Shown here: positions 49,252 to 58,773 of the stretch, one piece after another
How the letters are laid out: each line of letters starts with the position of its first letter
Position numbering within the stretch: the first letter of the stretch is position 1
From: an uncultured Klebsiella sp.
GTDB lineage: Bacteria; Verrucomicrobiota; Verrucomicrobiia; Limisphaerales; SXTU01
Direction: 5' to 3'
Assembly: GCA_964496695.1 (NCBI GenBank)
Contig: CAZCBE010000013.1
Location: forward strand, 12,401 to 76,400
DNA length: 64,000 nt
The notes under the pieces: model-generated
Databases searched by the model: none
Seen by the model: the letters and a program-made list of their open reading frames with translations, nothing else
What the model was told of the DNA's origin: nothing
Made by a program: the position numbers and the translations under genes

Positions 49252-50703
49252 TCAGGCGAACAGGGCTTTGATCGGGCGGGCGCCGGAGACGTCGGTGAGG
49301 CGGAAATCGCGGCCGCTATTGCGGAAGGTGAGCTTCTCGGAATCGAAGCCCAGCGCGTGCAGGATGGTGGAGTGGAACTCGTGGACGCTCACCTTGTCCT
49401 CCACGGCCATCGCACCAAGCTCGTCGGTGGAGCCGTAGGCCACGCCGCCCTTGATGCCGCCGCCGGCCAGCCACGATGAAAACGCCTGGGCGTTGTGGGT
49501 GCGACCGCCGGGACCGTCCTCCGCCGAGCTGCGGCCGAATTCCGTGCTCGAGGCGACCAAAGTGTCTTTGAGCAGGCCGCGCTCCTTCAAGTCCTTGAGG
49601 AAGGCGGCGATGGGCTTGTCAATGTTCGCGGCGCTGCGGGCCACGGCATTTTTGACGTCCGCATGCGTGTCCCAGCCGCCGTTCCAGACCTGGACGAAGC
49701 GGACGCCGCGCTCGAGGAGCCGCCGGGCGAGGATGAACTGCCGAGCCTGCGCCTGGATGGTGCGGTTCGGGGAGTTCAGCCCGTAGGCTTCCTTGATGTA
49801 GGCCGGTTCGCGCTGCACATCGAACGCCTCGGTGGCATCGGTCTGCATGCGGTAGGCCAGCTCAAAGGACTGGATGCGCGCATCCAGCGCACCGTCGTTC
49901 TGCCGCTTCTGCTTGTGAATCTCGTTGAGCTTGTTGAGGAGGTCGAGCTGGGCCCGCTGCTCGGGGCCCGTGGTGAAGGTGGTGCGGATGTTCTCGATGA
50001 TCTGGTCGATCTCGCTCTTGTTGGGGTCCACGTAGGTGCCCTGATAGGCGCCGGGCATGAAGGCGGACTGCCAGTTCAGCGCGCCCTCGCCCGGGTAGCC
50101 GCCGGGGTTCATGGCCACGTAGGCCGGGAGGTTTTGATTAACGCTGCCCAGCCCATAGACCACCCACGCACCCACCGAGGGCTTGGGCAGCCGGAAGTCG
50201 CCGCAGGTCTGGATCAGGGTCGCCGGTCCGTGCGCGGGAGCGGCAGTATACATGGAGCGGATGACGCAGAGTTCATCGGCCATCTTGCTCAGCTCGGGCC
50301 AGACCTCGCTCATCTCCAGGCCGCTCTGGCCCTGCGGGGTGAATTGGAAAGGCGAGGCGAGGAGTTTGCGGGCACCGCTTCCCTGGGCGGCGGCGGTGGC
50401 CAGCCCGGGCTTGGGATCCCACGTGTCCTGATGGGCCTGGCCGCCGCTCTGGTAGATGTGGCAGACGCGGTTGGCGGTGGCCGCGTAGTGGGGCTGCTTG
50501 GGCTCCAGCAGACCGGCGCCGTGCGCGGACGGGACCAGCTCATCCTTCAGGAGGCCAACCAGCGCCAGGGCACCGAAGCCGGTGCCCACGCGGTTAAGAA
50601 ACTCGCGCCGGCTGCTGAAGCAGCGGGCGTCCTCGAAGTTTGCGCCAAGGTGTTCGGGGCCACAGTTCGGATACATATGCGTGATTCGGTTTCGGATTTT
50701 CAT
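49252..50703 (-). CDS. DUF1501 (sulfatase-fold) protein with Tat signal
   Basis: SSRREFLNRVGTGFGALALVG, then ...WDTHA..., STEFGRS. ATG 50703; the upstream part of the ORF lies over repeats. Confidence 0.8.
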   Translation of the reverse strand: MKIRNRITHMYPNCGPEHLGANFEDARCFSSRREFLNRVGTGFGALALVGLLKDELVPSAHGAGLLEPKQPHYAATANRVCHIYQSGGQAHQDTWDPKPGLATAAAQGSGARKLLASPFQFTPQGQSGLEMSEVWPELSKMADELCVIRSMYTAAPAHGPATLIQTCGDFRLPKPSVGAWVVYGLGSVNQNLPAYVAMNPGGYPGEGALNWQSAFMPGAYQGTYVDPNKSEIDQIIENIRTTFTTGPEQRAQLDLLNKLNEIHKQKRQNDGALDARIQSFELAYRMQTDATEAFDVQREPAYIKEAYGLNSPNRTIQAQARQFILARRLLERGVRFVQVWNGGWDTHADVKNAVARSAANIDKPIAAFLKDLKERGLLKDTLVASSTEFGRSSAEDGPGGRTHNAQAFSSWLAGGGIKGGVAYGSTDELGAMAVEDKVSVHEFHSTILHALGFDSEKLTFRNSGRDFRLTDVSGARPIKALFA

Positions 50704-50957
50704 CCGCGCTCCCGGAGCACCGTCCAGCGGTGCCAGACCCCGGGAACACGCTGGTGGAACTTCACGTCTGACCGGCGACGTGGCTTTGTAAAAATTGGCA
50801 GAAACACACCCTTGGCTGCCATGCAACGGGGAGTCACAGGCGAGGAGACGGAGGGCGCGTCGTCGGGGCGTGCGATCGCGATGGGTAGTCGCCGTCGATT
50901 TCCGCCTCGGGCCGACACAAATGGTTCCGGCAGCGCCGAAGTGCTCGCACGCCCGGG

Positions 50958-51106
50958 GCTCCCTCTCCGCCATGGAATGGAGGAGAGGGTTGGGGAGAGG
51001 AGGGGCGTAAGGTCGAGTGGTGTCGGGAGGTTGTTGAAGCGCCCCTCTCCCCGGCCCTCTCCCCACTCCTGCGTCACGGGGCGAGGGAGACGGAGGTGCG
51101 CCGTGG
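50958..51106. repeat. Repeat cluster (ggagaggg/ccctctcc family plus the cggggcgagggagac family)
   Basis: gctccctctccgcc...ggaggagagggttggggagaggagggg faces gcccctctccccggccctctcc. cacggggcgagggagacggaggtgcgccgtgg matches 5052-5082. Confidence 0.6.
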
Positions 51107-51331
51107 TGGGGGTGCGGTCGCTAATTCGGAGGCGCTTCGCCGTCGTTGTCCAATTGTTTTGCCGTCGTCGGTTCGGATGGTGAGACGGCGAGGACACCGC
51201 GCGTCGGGGGGGGCTCAAACGTCGCTACGCAAAGGGATCGGATTTGCCTTCAGCTTCCGGAGATCAGTGGTGCAATTCCGCCTTGCTGCGTGGCGGACGT
51301 TGAAGCGGGCTGAAGCCCGCGCGCCTCCGCG

Positions 51332-52258
51332 TCACTTGTCCCGCGTCAGCAGGTAGTGCGCGAGGGCTTCGAGGGCGGCGGCGCGGCCTTTGAAGGGCTT
51401 GAGGGCGGCGAAGGCTTTGGCGGTGAGCTGCTGGGCGATCTTCCGGCTCTTCTCCAGGCCCACGATGCTCGGGTAGGTGGCCTTCTGGGCGGTGACGTCC
51501 TTGCCGGCGGTCTTGCCAAGCTGCTCGGTGGTCTGGGTGACGTCGAGGATGTCGTCAATGACCTGGAAGGCGAGGCCGACGTGGTAGCCGAAGTCGGTGA
51601 GGGCCGCGAGCTGGGCGGGGGTGCAGTTCGCGCTCATGCCGCCGAGGCGCACGGCGCAGCAGAGGAGCGCGCTGGTCTTGCGCTCGTGGATGTAGCGGAG
51701 TTCGGCCACGCCGAGCTTCTTGCCCTCGCCCTCCAGGTCCGCGACCTGGCCGGCGATGAGCTGGAGCGAGCCGCTGGCCTTGGCGACTTCCAGCACGAGG
51801 TCGCGGTGGGAGTAGCGGGGCCAGCCTTTGGCGAGGGCGGTGATCTCGAAGGCCTGGGTGAGCAACGCGTCGCCCGCGAGCACGGCGATGCCTTCGCCAA
51901 AGACCTTGTGGTTGGTCGGCTTGCCGCGACGGAAGTCGTCGTTGTCCATCGCGGGGAGGTCGTCGTGGATGAGGGAGTAGGTGTGGATGCACTCGACGGC
52001 GCAGGCGAGCGGGAGGGCGTCCACCTTGCGGCCGCCGCAGGCCTCGGAGGCGGCGAGGGTGAGGGCGGGGCGCATGCGCTTGCCGCCGGCGAAGATCGAG
52101 TAGCGCATCGCCGTGTGGATGGTGGCGGGCCTGGTCTTCTCGGGCGGGAGGAGGGCGTCAAGGGCGTCGTTGACGGCGGCGCTGCGGGCGTCGAGCCAGG
52201 TGTTCAGGTCAAAAGGGGTCTGGTGGCGCGCTCCGGCGCGGGTGGCGGTCGTCGGCAT
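51332..52258 (-). CDS. Polyprenyl diphosphate synthase (FPP/GGPP synthase family)
   Basis: First Asp-rich motif LIHDDLPAMDNDDFRRG and second FQVIDDILD. ATG 52258. Confidence 0.85.
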   Translation of the reverse strand: MPTTATRAGARHQTPFDLNTWLDARSAAVNDALDALLPPEKTRPATIHTAMRYSIFAGGKRMRPALTLAASEACGGRKVDALPLACAVECIHTYSLIHDDLPAMDNDDFRRGKPTNHKVFGEGIAVLAGDALLTQAFEITALAKGWPRYSHRDLVLEVAKASGSLQLIAGQVADLEGEGKKLGVAELRYIHERKTSALLCCAVRLGGMSANCTPAQLAALTDFGYHVGLAFQVIDDILDVTQTTEQLGKTAGKDVTAQKATYPSIVGLEKSRKIAQQLTAKAFAALKPFKGRAAALEALAHYLLTRDK

Positions 52259-52380
52259 GGCGGAGGTTGTAGGAGATGGGTGCGGGCGGTGCAAGCGGGA
52301 GTTGAGGGGGGCGGACAGCGAGGTTCGCCCAAACACTGCCCGCTTGAACCGGCGCCCCAAACTCTGCCACCTTCCCCGGC

Positions 52381-52785
52381 ATGAAAGTCGGCAAGCTCCT
52401 CCACACGCGTTACCGCGTGAACGACATCGAACGCACCGTGAAATTCTACCGCGAGATCCTCGGACTCGAGGAAGTGCGGCGGCACAAGTCGCCGCGCGGC
52501 TCGGAACTGGTGTTCCTCAAGGCGCCGGAGAGCGAGGAGACGATTGAGATCTGCCATTTCCCGTCCAGCGGGCCGGTGCAGGTGCAGCCGGACCTCACGC
52601 ATCTGGCCTTCTCGGTGGACAGCCTGGAGGAGTTTGGGAAGCACCTGACCGCGCACGGCTTGAAGTATTCGGACGGGCCGACCATGAAAGCGAGTGGCGG
52701 CGGGTTCGCGTTCGTGGACGCCCCGGAAGGCTACGAGATCGAATTGATCGAGGCGGCGAAGCAGGCGGGCACGGGCGGCTACTGA
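52381..52785 (+). CDS. VOC family protein, lactoylglutathione lyase-like
   Basis: KLLHTRYRVNDIERTVKFYREILGL...THLAFSVDSLEE...DAPEGYEIELIE. Confidence 0.75.
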   Translation: MKVGKLLHTRYRVNDIERTVKFYREILGLEEVRRHKSPRGSELVFLKAPESEETIEICHFPSSGPVQVQPDLTHLAFSVDSLEEFGKHLTAHGLKYSDGPTMKASGGGFAFVDAPEGYEIELIEAAKQAGTGGY

Positions 52786-53045
52786 GGGGAAAGAGTCCGC
52801 CGCCAGCCCGTGCGGGGCCCGAGCATTCCATTGGCGTCACGCAAATGCGGGCGGCGGGCAAGGTGATAGGCTGGCTGGCGTGGCGGAGAACCAATTTCAG
52901 ATTCGAGAGTTCAACCCGGATTCCGAAGGTGGAACCGCGGAGGGCGCGGATACAGAACCGGTTGCGCAAGTTCGCCACCGGTTAGATTGGTTCGCCAAGG
53001 GAGCATCTCAGTTTCTTGCCAGGCGTCTCCGGCCAAATGGAGAAA

Positions 53046-53229
53046 CCCGGAGGGTTTCCAGGTGAATAGCCGTGGGTGAAACCCATGGGGAGCGGTTTGC
53101 TGGCTCGACCCTGAAAGGGTCGAACTCGCTCATCGGCTGGCGTTGCGTTCAACCCCTCCCGGGGTTGTGCCTCTGGACTCGCTCACCGTGGGTTTCACCC
53201 ACGGCTATTCAGGTGACACCCCTCCGGGG
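53046..53229. mobile_element. 184-bp MITE-like element with ~43-bp terminal inverted repeats
   Basis: The left TIR is cccggagggtttccaggtgaatagccgtgggtgaaacccatgg. The right TIR is ccgtgggtttcacccacggctattcaggtgacacccctccgggg. Internal hairpins are gaccctgaaagggtc and caacccctcccggggttg. Confidence 0.75.
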
Positions 53230-53405
53230 TGATGGAAGTCCGTGCCGGCAACCCGGCAAGAAACCGAGATGCGCCCGTTCGCCAACGCAGAGCTGAAAGG
53301 CCCTTCCCATACGCGTCATCCGCGCTATCCGTGGTTTCAACTTCGGACTTCGGGTTCAAATCTCAAGGGCGGAGGTCCAAGGTCCAAAGTCCAGGTGAGG
53401 GGGTT

Positions 53406-54087
53406 ATTTTGCCAAACGAAGCCGTTTTGAATTCGAATACCCACGCGCAGCTTGGGTCACGCCGGGCGGGCGCCCGGTGCTCCGTGAGTGGCCCGCCATC
53501 GGGATGTCGAGCCATCGGTTTTTGCGAAACGAAGCCAACCGGGGAGCAGCCTGGAATCTCAGATTTCAGAGGCCCCCTCGCGCACGCCCAACTGACGATG
53601 ATAAGATTTTGCCAAACGAAGCCATCAGGAAGGCAGCCGACCGTCGCCCCGGACCGGCACAACTCTTTGTCTCCAAGCAGGATGCCAACGGCGGGCGATC
53701 AGCGCCGGCTGGGGCAAAGCGAGGGGATTCTGCCAAACGAAGCCATTTTGAACCCGCAAATGTCACGCCTCTTTCTGAAGCATCAGGACGAAAGGACGGT
53801 CTGTCGGCTGCAAGCCCGCGATACAGCAGACTGCAAGTCTGCGCTACAGCGCCTGGCCGTCCCGACTTCGGAGTTCGGGTTGAATCCGAATGCGATAGAC
53901 AGCTCGAATCGCGCCGGGCGGGTGCTCGGGGCTCCACCAGTGGGATGTCGAGCCATCGGTTTTTGCCAAACGAAGCCATCGGAGAGAAATCGGGAAGCTC
54001 AGATTTCGGACAATCAATCGCGCACGGCCAACAGACGATGCTGGGATTTTTCAAAACGAAGCCATTGGGAAGGCAGCCGCCTGACAG
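53406..54087. repeat. Array of six 'tttgccaaacgaagcca' cores, including two copies of a ~170-180-bp composite unit
   Basis: The cores start at about 53411, 53523, 53611, 53731, 53963 and 54050. Composite units at 53460-53640 and 53912-54080 align throughout (cgccgggcggg...gggatgtcgagccatcggtttttgc.aaacgaagcca...ctcagatttc...cgcgcacg.ccaac..acgatg...gatttt..caaacgaagccat...gaaggcagccg). Confidence 0.75.
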
Positions 54088-54184
54088 ACGGGACGGGGCG
54101 GGGCGGAAAGGGACAAGGCATGAGGGGTGCGACGGCAACAGCCGGGGATGATCCCGGGCGAGCGGGACACGGCCGCCTCCAATC

Positions 54185-54349
54185 GGGCGCATCTGGACCC
54201 TGCCCCGGAGCGCGGGTCTGCGACCCGCAACGGCCCGCCCTTGTCCATGGCTCTTCGTGCAGGCCAGCGGGGACGGCCAATTGGACGTTGCTGCGGGTCA
54301 CAGACCCGCGCTCCGTCGGCTTTCGGGGGCAGTGTCAAGATGCGCCCCC
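54185..54349. repeat. MITE-like palindromic element, family A, copy 2
   Basis: gggcgcatctggaccctgccccggagcgcgggtctgcgacccgcaacgg faces gttgctgcgggtcacagacccgcgctccg...gggggcagtgtcaagatgcgcccc. Homologous to 5097-5257. Confidence 0.75.
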
Positions 54350-54415
54350 TCCAATCTTGCCTAAGATTTATAGCGTGTCTCCCCTGCGGCTTGTTGCTAG
54401 TGTCGGCAAAATCAC

Positions 54416-55426
54416 ATGAGCCGACCTACCCGCATCTCGTTTGGTTTCATGGCCGGTCTGCTGATCATCGTGGCGGTCATGGGCCTGGCCACACCGCTGT
54501 TGACGGTGCTCTTCTCGTTCTTCCTGCTGCATGTCTTCAGCTTCAAGGGCCGCAGCAAGTCCATGGCGGTCGCGCTGTTCCTGGTGGCCATCGGCGCGGT
54601 CTGCCTGGGGGTGTTGATCTTTACGGCGCATACTGTCGTGGCCGCGCCGCAGATCGTGGAGCGGCTGATCCCCAAGCTGGCGGACTACGCCGGCAAATGG
54701 AACATCGAGCTGCCCTTCAAGGACATCCAAGGCCTGCTCGCCCTGCTCAAGGTGGAGGCAATGGAGCGCTTCGGCCTGGTCGGGCTGGCAGGCACGAACT
54801 TGGTGCGCCAGTTTGCCTTCGTGGTCATCGGCATGGTGGTGGCCATCAGCCTGTTTGACAACGCGGCCATCGTCATTGACCGGGACAAGCACACGCTGAA
54901 GAACAACCTCTACTCGATGTCGGCGGATGAGATCGCGAAACGGTTCGAGCTGTTTTACAAGAGCTTCCATACGGTGATGGGCGCGCAGATCGTCATCTCC
55001 GCCATCAACACCGTGTTCACCGGCATCTTCCTCGCGGTGGTCGGCTATCCTTACTGGCAGTTGCTGATCGTGGTGACGTTCCTCTGCGGCCTGCTGCCGA
55101 TCCTGGGCAACATCCTGAGCAACACCCTCATCGTGTGCGTGGGCCTGACGGTGAACATCGAGCACGCGGTGGGGGCGCTCGCCTTCCTGGTGGTCATCCA
55201 CAAGTTCGAGTATTTCCTGAACAGCAAGATCATCGGCAAGCGCATCCAGAACCCGATGTGGATGACGCTGCTGGGCCTGATCCTGGGCGAGCGGCTCATG
55301 GGCGTGCCGGGCATGATCCTGGCCCCGGTGATCCTCCACTACATCAAGATGGAAACCTCCCGCGTGGCCGTGGAGCAGCAGGCCGGCGAAGCGGGGGAAC
55401 CCGTCGTGCCAACGGTCGAAGCCTGA
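54416..55426 (+). CDS. AI-2E family transporter (PerM/UPF0118)
   Basis: 336 aa polytopic protein. C-terminal region LGLILGERLMGVPGMILAPVIL is typical of the family. Confidence 0.7.
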   Translation: MSRPTRISFGFMAGLLIIVAVMGLATPLLTVLFSFFLLHVFSFKGRSKSMAVALFLVAIGAVCLGVLIFTAHTVVAAPQIVERLIPKLADYAGKWNIELPFKDIQGLLALLKVEAMERFGLVGLAGTNLVRQFAFVVIGMVVAISLFDNAAIVIDRDKHTLKNNLYSMSADEIAKRFELFYKSFHTVMGAQIVISAINTVFTGIFLAVVGYPYWQLLIVVTFLCGLLPILGNILSNTLIVCVGLTVNIEHAVGALAFLVVIHKFEYFLNSKIIGKRIQNPMWMTLLGLILGERLMGVPGMILAPVILHYIKMETSRVAVEQQAGEAGEPVVPTVEA

Positions 55427-55496
55427 CGCGCAGAACGCGGCGGGGTCTCGCCGGGCACGGTCAGCCGCGCACCACGAGCTGGGCCGGCCGCCTGAC

Positions 55497-56741
55497 ATGC
55501 GGCTTGCCAAAGCTGAATCACTGACAAACCTTGCCCGCGTGAAGAAGCATCACTGGATTCTCGTTGCTGCCATCCTCTGCGTTGCCCTCGTCGTCGCCCA
55601 GGCGGCGCAATCCGCCGCAGCGCCCGCACCGGCCAAGCCGGCCACCAAAGGCACCCCGGGCCTGGACATCGCCCAGACCATCACCACCATCACCGGCGTG
55701 GCCATCTCGCCGCTCCTCGGAGTAAGCGCGTGCGGCGCGTGGACCTATTTCAAGGCGGACACCGCCCAGCGCGGCAAGCTCTCCTGGTATGCCCAGCCAT
55801 GGTTCTGGGCCAGCGGCCTGCTGCTCGTCGGCGCGGTCTTCCTGAAGGACACGGGCGGCGTGGTGGTGCCCACCGCGCTCAAGAAGCCGCTGGATGTCGC
55901 CGAGGCCTTTGAGAACAAGGTCAGCGGACTGGTCGCCGCCGGGGCCTTCGTGCCCATCGTCGCGAGCGTGTTCGGCTCCGACTCGGTGAAGGAGGCGATG
56001 GCCGGCAACGCCATGCTCGCCTCGCTGGGCGTCTCCGGGATCTTCAACGTGCTGATGGTCCCCTTCGCCATCGTGGCGTTCGCGGTCGTGTGGCTGGCGG
56101 GCCATGCGATCAACATGCTCATCCTCATCAGCCCCTTTGCCACGGTGGACGCGGGGCTCAAGGCCTTCCGCACCTTCCTGCTCTCCACGGTCACGATCAC
56201 GGGTTTCGCCAATCCCATGATCGGCGCGGCGTGGTCGCTCATCATCATCATCGGCAGCTACTTTCTTGCGGGCTGGGCGTTCCGGCTGACGGTCTGCGGC
56301 ACGCAGTTCATCTGGGACTACTTCAGCTTCGGGCGCACGCGCTTCCGGCCGGACGCGAAGGGCAACCCCATGTTCCTCGCCCGCGAGGTGGACCAGGTCC
56401 CCATCCGCACCTATGGCACGCTCGCCCGCACGGAGGCGGGCGAGCTTGTCTTCACCTACCGCCCGTGGCTCCTCCTCGCGCCGCGCACGCTCACCTTGCC
56501 CAAGGCCACCTACGCCGTCGGCGTGGGTGTCTTCCACAGCGAGATCGTGGCCGTGAACGGGGAGGAGCAGACCGCCATGTTCACGTTGCCGCCGCGCTAC
56601 AGCACGCATGAAGAGGCGCTCTCGCAGTGCTATGGCTGGGGAGCGACCACTGATGTGGGCATCGTCGCCGGGCTCAAGGCCATCGGCCGCTTCATGGGCG
56701 AACTGTGCGGTTTCGGCGCGAAGCCCGCGCCCGCCACATGA
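55497..56741 (+). CDS. Membrane protein of unknown function (N-terminal polytopic, possibly DUF4126-like; C-terminal soluble domain)
   Basis: Several hydrophobic helices (ITGVAISPLLGV..., FNVLMVPFAIVAFAVVWLAG..., AAWSLIIIIGSYFLAGWAF) followed by a roughly 130-aa non-membrane tail. Confidence 0.5.
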   Translation: MRLAKAESLTNLARVKKHHWILVAAILCVALVVAQAAQSAAAPAPAKPATKGTPGLDIAQTITTITGVAISPLLGVSACGAWTYFKADTAQRGKLSWYAQPWFWASGLLLVGAVFLKDTGGVVVPTALKKPLDVAEAFENKVSGLVAAGAFVPIVASVFGSDSVKEAMAGNAMLASLGVSGIFNVLMVPFAIVAFAVVWLAGHAINMLILISPFATVDAGLKAFRTFLLSTVTITGFANPMIGAAWSLIIIIGSYFLAGWAFRLTVCGTQFIWDYFSFGRTRFRPDAKGNPMFLAREVDQVPIRTYGTLARTEAGELVFTYRPWLLLAPRTLTLPKATYAVGVGVFHSEIVAVNGEEQTAMFTLPPRYSTHEEALSQCYGWGATTDVGIVAGLKAIGRFMGELCGFGAKPAPAT

Positions 56742-56751
56742 ACTGATTTTT

Positions 56752-58332
56752 ATGAAACCTCCAACGACTCGGGACGGACGAAGCGGGGCACTTCCAGCTC
56801 TTTGTCTTGCCCAACTCTTTGGGGGCCGCGCCTTCGGTCCAGTCCGCTCACCCCTGCTCTTCGTCCTGCTCGTCGCCGCCCTCACCGGCTGCAAGCCCGA
56901 CGACAAGGAGGAACTCCTCTTCAAGTCGGACGAGCGCTACCTGCCCAAGGTCGGCAAGCCCGCTCCCCCGCTGAAATTCAAGGCGCTCGACGGCCGCGAG
57001 GTGGACCTGGCGCAACTGCGCGGCAAGGTGGTGCTGCTCGATTTCTGGGCCACCTGGTGCCCGCCGTGCATCGCGGAAATCCCGCGCGTGCGCGAAGCCT
57101 ACGAGCGCTTCAACAAGGACGGCCTGGAAATCGTCGGCGTCAGCTTCGATGCCGACCGGCAGCGGCTGGAGGACGTGGTGAAGCGCGAGGACATCAAGTG
57201 GCCGCAATACTTTGACGGGGCCGGCCGGGACGCCGCGCCGGGCAAGGACTTTGGCATCCTGCACTGGCCGTCCATGTGGCTGCTGGACCGCAACGGTGTC
57301 GTCCGCTTCATCAGCGCGGGCGCGGGCATGGACCGGAAGATCACCGCCCTGCTCAAGGAATCCGGCAATCCCGTCAACGCCGCGCGCAATGTCTTCGAGA
57401 AGAAAGCCGCCCTCGACCGCAGCGGTGACGAGCCCGTGGCCGCGTCCGGCAAGCCCGCCTCACCCCCCGGCGGCCCTATTTCCCCGCCCGGTGCGCCGCA
57501 GGATGCCGCCTATCTCCACTGGCTGGGCAAGCCCTTCCCGGCGCTGCAATTCACCGCGATTGATGGCCGGCAGGTGGACACCGACAAGCTGCGCGGCCGC
57601 GTGCTGCTCATTGATTTCTGGGCCACCTGGTGCCCGCCGTGCATGGCGGCCATCCCCCATGTGAAGGCCGCCTATGATCGCTTCAACAAACAGGGCTTCG
57701 AGGTCATCGGCATCAGCGCGGACGAAACCCGTGCGGATCTGGAACGGGTCATCAAGGCGAAGGACATGGCGTGGCCCCAGCTCTTCGAAGGCCGCACCGG
57801 CGCGGCCCCCAACCTGCGCCGCTATGGCGTGCAGCACTTCCCGACCATGTGGCTCGTGGACCGCCAGGGCATCATTCGCGACGTGACCGGCGCGGTGGCA
57901 TTGGAAGAAAAGGTCGCCCGTCTGATCGCTGAGAGTGGTGCGGCGCTTGCGCAGGCACCGAAGGCCAACCCGCCCGCCGGGGCGGAAGTGCTCCCCCGCC
58001 CGAACCCGGCTGACCCGGCCAAAACCACAACCGCCGCCTCCACGTCCACGCCTGGGCCGGCGACGCCCCCTGCCCTTGCCCCGGCGGCCCGTCCGCCGGA
58101 GGTCAAACTCGGAGACAACGCCATCAGCCTGAAGAACATCACCATCACCGCGAAGCGCAGCACCGCCCTGCTGCAGATCGGCACCTCCACCTACACCGTC
58201 TCACCCGGCACCGACGTGGTCTTCCCCTCCGGCGGCAAGCAGCTCAAGGCCCACTGCACGGACATCGAGCGCAGCGCCGTGATCCTCACGGTCGAGGGCC
58301 GGGCGGAACCCCTGCGCCTCGTGCTGCCGTAG
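56752..58332 (+). CDS. Lipoprotein with two tandem TlpA/thioredoxin-like domains and a C-terminal beta domain
   Basis: Lipobox LLVAALTGC. WATWCPPC occurs twice (FWATWCPPCIAEIP and FWATWCPPCMAAIP). ATG 56752. Confidence 0.8.
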   Translation: MKPPTTRDGRSGALPALCLAQLFGGRAFGPVRSPLLFVLLVAALTGCKPDDKEELLFKSDERYLPKVGKPAPPLKFKALDGREVDLAQLRGKVVLLDFWATWCPPCIAEIPRVREAYERFNKDGLEIVGVSFDADRQRLEDVVKREDIKWPQYFDGAGRDAAPGKDFGILHWPSMWLLDRNGVVRFISAGAGMDRKITALLKESGNPVNAARNVFEKKAALDRSGDEPVAASGKPASPPGGPISPPGAPQDAAYLHWLGKPFPALQFTAIDGRQVDTDKLRGRVLLIDFWATWCPPCMAAIPHVKAAYDRFNKQGFEVIGISADETRADLERVIKAKDMAWPQLFEGRTGAAPNLRRYGVQHFPTMWLVDRQGIIRDVTGAVALEEKVARLIAESGAALAQAPKANPPAGAEVLPRPNPADPAKTTTAASTSTPGPATPPALAPAARPPEVKLGDNAISLKNITITAKRSTALLQIGTSTYTVSPGTDVVFPSGGKQLKAHCTDIERSAVILTVEGRAEPLRLVLP

Positions 58333-58661
58333 CCTGCAAGTTGGCCGCTCATAGGAGAGGGAAGAATTGCGGAGGACGCGGATGGCGCGGATAAGGAACT
58401 GCTGGCGCACGCTCGCCATCAGCCCAGCCCTACCCCTGAACCTGCGATGGGTAGGGCGGGCTGTCCTCAGCCCGCCGTCGGCCACCCGGAGGCCACTAGA
58501 CCTCGGCGGCGCGGTGAGGACACCGCGCCCTACCAGCGCTGGTTCCGGGGCCGAAATCACGGTTGTTGGCCGGTCGTGGGAGGCAGCGTGGGCTGCCCAT
58601 CAGGGCTGAAAGCCCGGGGCATTCGGTGCGGAAGCGAATCGCTTTGGCCGGTCAGAGGTTT

Positions 58662-58699
58662 GCTTTGTGTCCTCTGCGCCCTTTCGCGGTCAAAGAATG
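58662..58699. repeat. Solo copy of the 'ctttgtgtcctctgcgccct' terminus family
   Basis: gctttgtgtcctctgcgccctttcgcggtcaaagaatg matches the termini of the 36451-37020 block. Confidence 0.6.
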
Positions 58700-58773
58700 A
58701 AACCCACCGGTGAGCAGAAGCCCTTCCGTTTTGCGCCCGTTCGCGTGTTTCGCGGGCACCTTCCGCGTCCAGC

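Noticed and set aside
49495-51183. 562-aa +-strand ORF
   Set aside because: It is antisense to the DUF1501 gene and extends into the 50958-51106 repeat cluster.
53406-54087. Possible CRISPR array (regularly recurring short core)
   Set aside because: The conserved core is only ~17-18 nt. The spacers are 70-210 bp with irregular lengths, and part of the 'spacer' sequence is itself repeated as two composite units. No cas genes lie in the window. This fits dispersed or tandem MITE-like repeats, not CRISPR.
54368-56924. Minus-strand ORFs 54368-55510 (380 aa) and 55518-56924 (468 aa)
   Set aside because: They are antisense to the AI-2E transporter and the membrane protein. They are Asp/His/Arg/Gly-rich and non-membrane, whereas the sense frames give coherent TM proteins.
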